This document shows positions 15,140 through 26,128 of a stretch of 64,000 nucleotides of DNA, one piece after another (within the stretch, counting starts at the first letter, position 1; each line of letters starts with the position of its first letter). The position numbers and the translations under genes are program-made. Source of the DNA: the human T2T-CHM13v2.0 reference genome, Homo sapiens; assembly GCF_009914755.1 (NCBI RefSeq), contig NC_060942.1, one strand, 5' to 3'. Under the pieces are notes generated by a model. The model was not told the DNA's origin. It saw only the letters and a list, made by a program, of their open reading frames with translations, and made no database searches.

Positions 15140-15385
15140 GTCATGGCACAGTGCTGAACCGGATGTGCTTAGAGCTCGGATACACCTGGTCTGGATGCTG
15201 GCTCTGCCACTGACATTAGATCTCGGGAGAAATCAGCCTCTGAAATCATTTTCCTCATCTGCAACTGGAAATAATGGCAGTTTCTATCTAATAAGGTTTT
15301 AATAAGAATTCAATGAAATTATGCATATTAAGTGTTTAATAAGTCTATATTTGGTAATCATTTTATAAATATTAGCTTTATTATC
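15140..15385 (+). mobile_element. MIR
   Basis: ggctctgccact...ttttcctcatctgcaactggaaataat core. Confidence 0.8.
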
Positions 15386-15951
15386 ATAGTTGATGTTATT
15401 AATTTTGTACAATATATTGTTAACATTTTAAAGAATGTTTTTTAAATGCTTTCTCTCTGTGTTATTCTTTTAAGTTACAGTAGCATCCTAATGACTGATA
15501 TTGATTAAATGAAGAGGAAAATTTTAATTCTGTAGTGCTCACTCTAAATTAAATAAAACTATTTACAGTCTAGGCAGTCTAAGAGAATAAGGTAGAGGAA
15601 AAAAATAAAACAAGAGTCTTTTATTTGTATGAGAAGATATTCAGATGATTATTTTTATCATTGTGTGATGTTTCCAGATTCTTTGCAAAAACAAAATATG
15701 GGGAAAATTCTCATAGTAACTCCACTCTGAAGAGTTTTTCAGTGGAGATTCAAATTGCACTTAAACTGGAGTGGATAGAAAAGTCCGTGGCAGATGCGTT
15801 GCTGCTAACCACAGGCGTCCAGAGTGTTCTGACTACATTGGAAATCACTGTGGACAGAAAATTGTAAAAGACTGATCTTTTACTCATTCAGTGTACGTTA
15901 TACCCAGGGTAGATGTAAGCTTTATAATTACTTATAGAATTTTATCTAATG

Positions 15952-16062
15952 GGCCTCAGGTGGTAGCTCATGCCTGTAATCCTAACCTTTTGGGAGGCTG
16001 AGGAGGGAGGATTGTTTGAGGCCAGCAGTTCAAGACGAGCAGGGCCAGCATAGTGAGACCTC
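15952..16062 (+). mobile_element. FLAM / Alu left monomer
   Basis: ggtggtagctcatgcctgtaatcctaacc...gagacc single monomer. Confidence 0.85.
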
Positions 16063-16861
16063 AGCAGGAGGGGTTTAAATAAACTTACACTTGGCAAATA
16101 CCCCTTTCTCTTTTGCTTGTTGCTGGGCCCTTCATTGGCCAGCCTGTCCTTCCTCATCATTGCACCAAACTTTTGTAACAATTAGAGTCATAAGACATGA
16201 GATAATGGGTAATTTAGAGAGATAATTAAACCAGTTGCTTGCTTTGACCTCTAACATTAAAACCCAAAGGAATTCAGATGATCTACAACTCAAAATAAGA
16301 ATTTTGTGCAATTCATGATGGAGATGTATATATACAGATATAATAATAGCTTTAGTGAGATAATTTACATAGCTTAGAGTTCACCAATGTATACAAATCC
16401 GTGGTTTTTAATGTATTTACAGAGTTGTATAACCATTATGATAATCACAGATGACTACATATTATATGTAACTGGGGTGAAGGCTCCAGCTGATCATCAC
16501 CAAGCATTGTTCCTCTGCCTTGCTTTGCCCTCTGCCTAACCCCTGGAAACTGGTGAAAGGGTGGTCCTGTTGTTCTCCCAGCACCAGATACGTTATCAGA
16601 CGGGCCTGGGACTGTAGGTGATGAATGAATATATATTCACATATATGTATATACAGATACATTTACAGACAGAAAAATGTTCCACTTCCTCTCAAAGTTA
16701 CAGTCAGTTGACAACTTTACTGGGTAAAATGTTAAGTGGCAAAAATGTTGAGAAGAAATATCCCTTTTCTGCATTTCCCTCAGACATTCTGGAGGAAAAA
16801 TGCACCCAGCGCACATTCATATTTAGTATTTTCTGCAGGTAATTATTCATTTTAAATATTT

Positions 16862-17062
16862 AAAAAATTTTCTCCATTTGTAATTTTTGTGGGTACATAG
16901 TAGGTGTATATATTTATGGGGAATGTGTGATGTTTTGATCCAGGCATGCAATGTGAAACAAGCAGGCACAGAAAGACAAGCATCACATGTTCTCACTTTC
17001 TTGTGGGATCTAAAAATCCAAACAATTGAACTCATGAATATAGAGAATAGATGGAGGATTGC
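16862..17062 (-). mobile_element. Short 5'-inverted L1MA insertion
   Basis: Antisense L1MA 3' end joined to a sense upstream 3'UTR piece; 14-bp TSD cattttaaatattt at 16848-16861 and 17063-17076. Confidence 0.8.
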
Positions 17063-17819
17063 CATTTTAAATATTTCTTACACACATAACTCATTTTATG
17101 TGACGTGAGGATTTATGCTTAGGTTAATTCTGAATTATGATCTTTATTTACTTATTTGGAAATATTAGATGCTATTAGCTTTGATTTCAAAATATCAGAA
17201 GCTATCTTTCAAAGAGTTCTTTCCAGTTGTGCCTGCTTAATTTTATTTTTGAGGAAATTTAAGTTCCTATGTCAATGTAAGGTTGTCTAATATTACCAAC
17301 ATTTTTTGGTAATATTATCACTTTTTCCATGTGATAATGGGAAGATTTTTTTCTTATTGTGATAGGTTAGTCAGAAAAAATTTTTTCATCTTTCAAAAGG
17401 ATAGCTGACCACCAGTTCATTCTTAAAATATTAGTTCAAATACTGCATAGATTTGAACTAAATATCTAATGGAGAGTCCTCATCATTGCACCAAACATAG
17501 TACTTATGTTCTATTTACCAGTTCAACACTAGCAAATCTAACTGCACAGTCAATAATAAAACAAAATAAGATAATTTTTAAATATAGAAAATAGAAAATC
17601 TACAAAATAACCTTGAAAATTAACAGAAAGTTTGTCATTAGCATTTATTTCATAATGAATCTCCTTTCAGATAAAACTCGTATTTATTTATTCATAAACA
17701 AAGAATTATCATTATTGAAATTTTTGTCTAGAAGTGTACTTTTCTATCATTGTTATTGTGTGTTTCTTCTCAAAGTATCAACTAATATTCTCCTAAATGA
17801 GAATTAAGTTCTCTCCAAG

Positions 17820-18600
17820 GATATAAAACAGAGGTTGAATGGACTTTGGAGTCAGATGGAACTAAGTACAAATTCCAACTGTAGTGCTCACTACCTGTGT
17901 GATGTGTACATATAAGGTATTTGACTTCTCTATGCCCTAGAATTCTCATCTGTACAGTAGAATTTCTATAAAGGGCAAAACAATAAATATTTATTAAATG
18001 CCTAGAAAATAGGAGAGGTTAGGTACATAAATCACCATTACCATATGGAGTGGATAGGTGCCTCAGATGTATGCAGAATAGAAAGGTTCTGTTTTAGATC
18101 TTCATTTACTTTTTTATTCAACAGACAGTTATTGAGTGCCTACTATTTATCTGGCACTAATCTAGGCCCCAGAAGACAAGAGTAAAGAAGTCAGCTCTGG
18201 TGCTTCTCCTTTTTTGAGGTTTTTCAATATATTTACATGAGAATAGCTCTTTTTTACAGTTTTTTTAAAGATAAGATATAAAATATCTTGGCTTATTTTG
18301 TAAACTATTTTATCTAAGGTAATATTTTACCTGCCCTATTATCCATAGTATCTAACAGTTTATCAACTGTTCAGAGCACCAAGTCGGATTCAGGAAAGAA
18401 TATGGGCTTTGAAAACAGACAGAGGGTGTGTGAATCCCAATTCTGCCTTGTGAGCTTGAACAAGTTGCTGAATTGTTTTAAACTACTATTTCCCTATCTA
18501 TCAATTAGGTATAACAATAACCATTCAATAGTTTTGTAAGGTCTAAGAGCAATGATGTAGTAAAACATAATGTCTGACTTATATTAGTTTTTTAATCAAT
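17820..18600. mobile_element. Cluster: MIR (+, ~17820-18040), L2 3' end (-, ~18110-18220), MIR (+, ~18400-18600)
   Basis: MIR core motifs (ttctcatctgtacag, ttgaacaagttgctgaa) and ttattgagtgcctactat...ggcact. Confidence 0.7.
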
Positions 18601-19818
18601 GGTAGCTGTTATAATTATTTATTAAAATACCTGTTTTAATTATTTATTAAAATACCATTATACCATTTTAATAAGTGGTAGTTGTTATAATTATTTATTA
18701 AAATACCTATGATTTTTATCATTTTTAACAACATGGGTAATTGTTAATTAAAACTCATAGGAAGTATATAGCATATCATAGCAACAAATATTAATTTCTG
18801 CTCTTTATTTCCTTGCCATAGTCTTCAAAGCCCAGGACACCATCAGTCCTGTGACCTATAAAGCATTTCCTGAAGGGGTAATCTGATTTGGAGAAATATA
18901 GAAACAACAAAGGTAACACAATGCTGATATAGAATGATATAAATAATATAGAAGTAACAGTGACAAATATATATTGAGTGCATATCATTTGCTGGTACTT
19001 GTTCTAATATAGTATCACTATCTCTTCATTCCCATCTAAGGTCACTCTAAAGCCTGCAATCTTGAAGACTGTACTCTAATGATCTCTAACAAAAGAGGTG
19101 ACATCCTAGACTGAGAATTGTAAGTGGCCCATCAGAATGTTTGCTGAGCCAGATCCAGTAACAGTGGAGAGAAAAAAAAAATAGCACAGGTCTCTGGAAA
19201 ATTGATCTCCCATTTGAGCAGTCTAATTCTGCATTAGTTGTTCAGAAATATAATCTTAATAAAAGGTATGAGAAGTGGTATTTTTTGTCATTCTTAAATC
19301 ATCCTTTGAAAATAATTGCCTTTCAAGATTGAACTCCCTTCAGAATAATAAAGGCAAACTTTTAACAGGTTAAAAAGACATAGAATCATTATATTCCTTT
19401 TCAATAGAACTATTAAGCATTTCTTTAGAATAAAACAACTCATTAAAAAGGGCACACTGTCCTTTTATACACCAATTTAATCATCTAATCAGTTTAGTGT
19501 CCCAAAAAGTATGTAAATACTACTTAATTTACTAGTGAAGTTGGCTTATGGAAATTACTACTTAGCATGATTGCCTCTGGATAAAGAACAAACAGGTAGG
19601 GAAAAAAACATCGATTTAATAAGGTCGTTTCACCCTTCTGGAGTGAGACTATCAAAAACATGTCTAGACTAGTAAATGATGCAACTGAGCAAAGATTCTT
19701 AAAAAGCATTCCAATTATCATTTAAAAAGTCCAGAGTTTCCTGGGTTCTTTAAATAACCAATCCTTAGAGGGTCGATAAAGCTTACCAAAATATCAGCAT
19801 TTTAAATTAGTCTCTTAC

Positions 19819-19958
19819 CCTTTTCAAATGCTCCTGTATTTTGGACTCCACATCTTGGATGTGTGAAATCATTTTGTTGACACAAGGTGCTGGAATATTT
19901 ACTACGGCACAGCTGTGACGTCGACATGGGTAGCTAAAGTAAATGCCTTTATTCACCC
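19819..19958 (-). CDS. CCDC178: CCDC178 coding exon, 140 nt, phase 1-0; (G)VNKGIYFSYPCRRHSCAVVNIPAPCVNKMISHIQDVESKIQEHLKR
   Basis: Acceptor ttctgtttgttctctttag, donor AGG|gtaaga. 46 open codons; CpGs retained in a CpG-poor background. Confidence 0.94.
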
Positions 19959-21079
19959 CTAAAGAGAACAAACAGAAGTTCATTACTCATTCTATACAAA
20001 GTAGTAAATTTTGATGTTCAGAATAAGCAAAAAAATTCTGCTTTATTAGTGCTAATACTCTTAGTTTCCTTAATAGAGAGGCTGAGAAATCTGTCAGAAA
20101 ATTATAGAACAAATCTTTAAAAAACGTACAAGCTAAAATAAAATAATCATTTATGATTTAATTCTGTAACAAATAAAAATGAACCCGAGAAGCCAAAATA
20201 AAACTTCAAGCAAAGTTGAAAAACATAGCATTGTGAACTAAACATAGGAAAAAATGAAGGAAAAAAAGGCAGAAAAAACAGTTGACCCATGTGTTACTAA
20301 ACAGATTCTGAATCTCTTAAAAATAACTTTGAAATATATTTTAAATATTCCCTTCAAAGAGATGCTCTCTTTCAATGTAAATAATATCCAACTACTCATG
20401 CATTGAAGTTCTTCCTTAAATCCAGCATGAGTTTCTCTTGCTGAAAAAAATAAAAGCAGGTCTCCTTCATCCTCATAATAACCTCATTTTCTACCTTCCA
20501 TTTCTGAAAATTGGAGTCTCATACGAAGAGTGATTAATGTTCTCACTATAGTATTCAAGCTGTACTCATCATAAAATCCACTCAGTCCGATGTGCCTCAG
20601 TGATTCTAATCCTAGCATGTCCCAAATCGACTGAAGGTTGCAGAAGCACAGCAAAGTTGTCCATGAAACTCCACCAAAGTGCTTACTTGCAGTCCTTTTG
20701 ACTCTAAGGACTCTATTGGGCTGGATTATAGTTGCAATCACTGATCTTAAATGGGAGACACAAAATATTCTCAGCGCCTCAATGAGAACAGTGTGATGTC
20801 CTCATTTCAATTGACCTTGAGGGAACAGAGAAATAATCCTGTTGCGTTTTGTTTCAATGCCAACCCACAGAGATGGTAAATATTTTTGGTATCTTCATTT
20901 AAACTGCAATCTTTTAAATATCTTTTAAATGAAGCCTTATAATATCTTCCTCTAGAAACACAATCTCTTGTAAAAATGGCATGTTTCATTTATAAATAAA
21001 AGTGTTCAGTCTATTCTACAATGTTCGACTCTCTCTCATATATGTGTGTGTGTGTATATATGTGTATATATATATAAAT

Positions 21080-21320
21080 GACCTTTTTATGAGCACTAAA
21101 AATATGTGCCAGACATAAAGCTAAGCTAAAAATTTTTGATGCCACATTTTTTTAATCCCCACAACAATCTTATAAAATGGGATTATTATCTTGATTTCAT
21201 AGATGAGGAAATCAAGGCTTAAATAAATTATATAACTTGTCTAAGTCTACGGAACAGGTAGGTAGGAGAACTGAGACTTGAACTAAATCTCCCTGGTTAT
21301 GGAGTATAAGCTGTGAAGGC
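21080..21320 (-). mobile_element. MIR
   Basis: tttcatagatgaggaaatcaaggctt...taacttgtctaag. Confidence 0.8.
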
Positions 21321-21545
21321 TGTTTTTATATTTTAAAAGTATGGCAAAATAAAGAGAAACAGTACTAAAAATATATTTCAGGGCATCCTGAATGTTTTGC
21401 TTGTTTTTACATTTTGAATGCTCCTTCATAATATCAGTGCTGGTATCCTATGTCTTTTAGTTTGCTTTGACCATACTCTGAACACATATACTTGCTATAA
21501 CTATTTTTTGTATGTTACAGTCCATCTTTCCTCTTTAGTTCATAA

Positions 21546-21553
<8 letters not shown>

Positions 21554-21594
<41 letters not shown>
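21554..21594. repeat. (CA)n microsatellite
   Basis: About 20 CA units. Confidence 0.95.
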
Positions 21595-21597
<3 letters not shown>

Positions 21598-22899
21598 GTA
21601 ATAGTCAAAAGACCAAAAGAACAATCTAGTAAAAATTGCATATTGATCTCCTATCCAAATATCTTGATAAGGGCATGTTGGCCCTCCCTTTAGAAATAAG
21701 AAGGTTTTGATACACATTTAACAAACAAGCAGTCACTGTTACAGTCAAAACATTTGTTTTGCTTCATTAAATTTGGTGAAAACAAGAATAGTAATGATTC
21801 CTTTTATATTTTTCTTGACTGTGCCACTCTCAACCTATTTTGTGAATACTAATAATTTCCATAGCACTCCTATGGTTTAGGTTGAATATGTAACATATGG
21901 TAAAGTAATGGGAATCACGTACTATGAACTTAAATTTGCACTAAAATCTGTAAAAGACATGACATCCTAAGTAGCACAAGATTGAACCAAAATTCAGTGG
22001 TTCATGTTACTCTTTTTATTTCATTGCAAGCATGGCATAAGTTAAAACTTTCAGTTTTTAAGAATTCTACTCAGTTTAGGGTGACAGCATGATATAATCA
22101 AAAGACAGCTGAACTAGGTGTCTGTATTTTCTTGACTGAACTGATAACTAGCTGCACATCTTTAGCTAAAATGATTCAGTCTTTAGGTCTCAGATTTCTT
22201 ATTTAATAAATTAATGTATTGGTAGGATGTTATATAAGATATTTTTCACCTAAAATTCCAAACATAAATCGAGGGAGCTCCTCCTTGTGAAGCCTGTGCA
22301 CAAATGGTCAGTGAGAGTATATTAAGAATTAAGCTCGGCGAGACTTTCATCCTCTCTAAACATGCCCCTGACTCCAACTTCCTTGCCCAGAATTAATGCA
22401 TAAAAGACAAGATCCTCCTGGCTCCAAGCCAGAGTTGAGGTTTGCTGAGACTCTGCAACATGAAACTTCCATTTGAGAAAAAATATCAACTAGTTGTTTG
22501 TGTGGGCAAATGAAATAGAAAGACTATGTTTATAAACTTTCAACTCTTACTGCTCAATGAATTTGATCCTTATATAATTTATTCACCCAGCTCCAATAAT
22601 TCAACATTTTATCACAAGAGTCCTTCCTTTTCTTCTGCTTTGTATATGCACTTCCTTTATGTACGTTACCCCAATTATTCTATCATCCCTTTATCTCAAC
22701 TCAGAACGCTTAGGAAAAACTCTGCTGAAGGCATATTTCCTTTTCACATTGTTATCCCTTTTAACATCTTGATTTTCTTTCCAAAATGTAACATAAGTCA
22801 GTGCTCTTGAGGTTAAAAATAATTTGTCCTCCATGCAAAGACTCTTTCATGATGAACATAAAGCATCTTTAATCTTTTATGGAAAACAAAGATCTCTTT

Positions 22900-23545
22900 A
22901 GCTTTTGTTATACATGAGAAAAATAAAAACACCTTTCACTGACATTAGAGTTATCACATTTTCATTGGACCTTAAACTGTTGGAGACACTTATCACTAAA
23001 TATCTAGAATAATACACATGGACTCTCAGAGTCAGAAGTGGCTAAAAACTGCTTCTACTCTAACTTTAGTCAATGTGCAATGCCGCTGTTTGGTGTTCAC
23101 TTACTGCCATTTTCTTCTCTTCAAAATCTACAACTTCAATACAATTTTTTTTTACTTGCCTTGTATACTCACAGGTCTCCCCACTACCTTGCCTGACCAC
23201 TTCCTATAGCTATTATTCTATATCAAATTTTGCTTTCACTAGCAATTTTTTGAATGAACTGTTTATACTGGCAGCTGCAATATCCTCATCTGATCTCTTC
23301 TTCAAATTACAATTTATATACAAATATTAAGATCCATCTTACAAGGTTCCTTGCCTGTGCGGAATACTCAGCTCTTTCAGACATTTGAGTGCAGCTATAG
23401 CACTTTTCATTTCTCTTTATAAGAATGGATCACATTGCACTCTGCTGTTATCACATTTATGTTTTCCTATCTATCTTCCCCATGAAGTTCTTTCCAGAGA
23501 ACAATATTAAGTGCCTTAAATAATTATTGAATAAATGAATAAACA
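22900..23545 (+). mobile_element. L2 3' fragment
   Basis: Pyrimidine-rich; ends gtgccttaaataattattgaataaatgaat, the typical L2 tail. Confidence 0.6.
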
Positions 23546-23599
23546 AATCCTCTATCATTTTTTAAACTTTTTACCTGGCTGTAATCTGATTTTTGTTCT

Positions 23600-24915
23600 C
23601 TCCATGAAAAATTCATTCTTACATCCCACTAAGCAGTATATCAACTACCATCCATGAAGGAGTAACTGATGTGGAATTAGTTCTCCAGTTATAAGCAACT
23701 CTAAATCTGGATTTTAAAATATGAGACAACTGATTTCGGACTTTGAAAAATGGGCAGTTCAAGGTTTTCATTTCTGAGAAAAGGGAAATTGATAAGGTGG
23801 AGTCCCACAATCACCAAGCTCTCTGCCAAGGGACAGTTTCCCAACTGCAATAAAGAGATCTGGGAGAAAAACAGAGCACAGTGATCCCGCTGAGTTGAAA
23901 AGTAAATATGAGTTTCGTGGACAGTGGAAACATCTGGAAGAGGGCAGGAACTCAAGAAGACAGAGCAATGCAGAGAAGAGCCTCAGAAACCCACGTGGGA
24001 GGCCCCTCTGACATATGGCATAGAATCCCTGACCAATAACTTCTACCCAGAATGTGCAGAGAAAATTCACAACTTAATATTCAGAAAATAGGCATAAGAC
24101 TTGGACTCTTCACAAAAGACAATATACAAATGACTATTGCAATGTGAAAAGATGCTTAACATCATTAGTCATAGTCATCAAGAAAATGCACATTTAACTA
24201 ACAGTTCAATTCAACTTCACACACACACTATAATGCCTAAAATTATAAAGGTTTGCAATGCCCAGTATCAGAGAGGATATAGAACAACTAGAATTTATAC
24301 ATTGCTAGTGGAAATGTAAAATTGTTTAAACACTTTGGAAAACAATTTGGCAATTTCTTATAAAAGTTAAACTTACCATATTACTCAGCATTCCTCTTCT
24401 TTATATTTCCCCATGACAAATAAAAATATGTCCACAAAAAGAATTGTAGGTGAATGTTCATAATAGCTTTCTTGATGATAGTCAAAAATTGAAAAAATCT
24501 CAAATTTCCATTAAAGGCTAAATAAATTGTGCAATATTATACAAGGGAATGGTATTGATCAATAAAAATGAACAAACTACTGATATATGAAACAGCATGG
24601 ATGAATATTACAGACATTTTCCTGAGTCTGAAAAAGTTGGGCACAAAGGAGTACAAGTGGCATAATTTCATTTATTTGAAATGTTACAGTGGTAAAACTA
24701 AAATCATACTGGAGTTGTGGGAGTGAGTTAAAGTAATCTTGTCTGTAGAGGGGGCACGAATGAACTTTCTGGAAACATGGAAATTTCTATACAGTGTTTG
24801 GGGTGGTGGTTAAATGGATGTGTGTGTTTGTCAAAAGTCATTCACTTATACACTGTAAATGAGTGGATTGTATTGCATTTAAATTGTACCTCCATATATC
24901 TGTTTTATAAAAAAG
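23600..24915 (+). mobile_element. Old L1M pieces: 5'UTR-like (~23600-24070) and L1MC/ME 3' end (~24080-24915)
   Basis: cactttggaaaacaatttggcaatttcttataaaagttaaac and terminal taaattgtacctc motifs. Confidence 0.65.
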
Positions 24916-25565
24916 ACCACTAAGCATATCCTAGTGGCAGAACTCAATAACCTTGTATCGTTCTCCTACTTTAACTTTTTATACTAAAAAACATTGTAGA
25001 CAGTCCTTCCTTGAAATGTTCTTTTAATAACTTTCTCTAGCTTCCTGTTCACCTATTTTTTCTCATATTCCTTAAATATGACTATTTGATAAGAAATAAT
25101 CTTTTCCTCTACACTTTCTCCTTTGATCATCTCCTTTAAGTGCTTAACTCTTAACTAAACAGCTTTAGACTTAACCTTGCCCTGAGCTCCTTGCAAAAAT
25201 GTACAAATTTCCCAAATCTGTCCTTCCTAGACTCCCATCCTGGCATTGAGAGTAAGGAAGGGAGGTCTGGGCCTGCAGAATCCTATGCAGAATGGGAGAA
25301 GCATGATAGATAAAACTAAAATGTACCCATTGAGAAGTTGATATACCACAAACAAGGAAATACATTCACAACAGTAAATTAAAATGCCAAAGCAGAAAGG
25401 CTACGGAAGAAAAGGGACACATTTGTATGATCAGACATAGAGCTGGAAGGGATAAAGGAGGCATCCATGGGAGCTTCAAGATGGAAGAGATCTGATACAG
25501 TACAAGCAGTGAAAATGATGCCTGGTACAGAGGATCCTCAGAAATGATTTGAAAAGTAAAAGAAC

Positions 25566-26128
25566 TGTTATTAGTGGAAGGTATCCAAGTTACTGGTGGC
25601 AAATCTGTACTGGTCCACAGCAACTTCAATTCTTGCCTCCTCAGACAAAATAATTTGACTGAGAAGCATAAGGCAGAAGGACAGACCAAGGCAAATTTCA
25701 GAACAGGAGTGAAAGTTTTATTAAAAAGCTTTAGGACAGTAAGGAAAGGAAGGAAAGAAAAGAAGAAAAGTACAACTTGGATAACGGCCAAGCGGGTGAC
25801 TTGAGAAACCAAGTGCGCAGCTTGACTTATGGACTTGGGTTTTTATACGTTGGCATACTTCCAAGATACTGCATTACTTCTCCCCACTCCTGAGATTTTA
25901 TCTGGAAGCTGCTGATGAGTTTAAGGTGTTTTCTATTAGGAGACTGCCTTTCTCTGGCACTGGCTGTGAGCAGTTATTACTTTAGATAAACAGTTAACAA
26001 CTGCTTGACCATCACCTGATGGTCACCCAACACTCCTGGTGTGTTGGGGGAGGGGCGGGGAGGGCGTGAGCAGGAGGGGAGAGCCCTTTTTTGCCCTGCT
26101 CATACCTGAGAGGCTACCTACTGTAACA
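25566..26128 (-). mobile_element. ERV1 solo LTR (LTR9/MER50-related)
   Basis: tgtta...taaca termini; minus strand starts TGTTACAGTAGGTAGCC...ATGAGCAGGGCA; minus-strand AATAAA near 25720. Confidence 0.8.

Noticed and set aside
15661-15867. 68-aa plus-strand ORF in unique sequence
   Set aside because: Non-ATG start, no recognisable homology and no convincing exon partner.
25366-25812. 148-aa minus-strand ORF
   Set aside because: Crosses an LTR boundary, has a non-ATG start and no recognisable protein signature.
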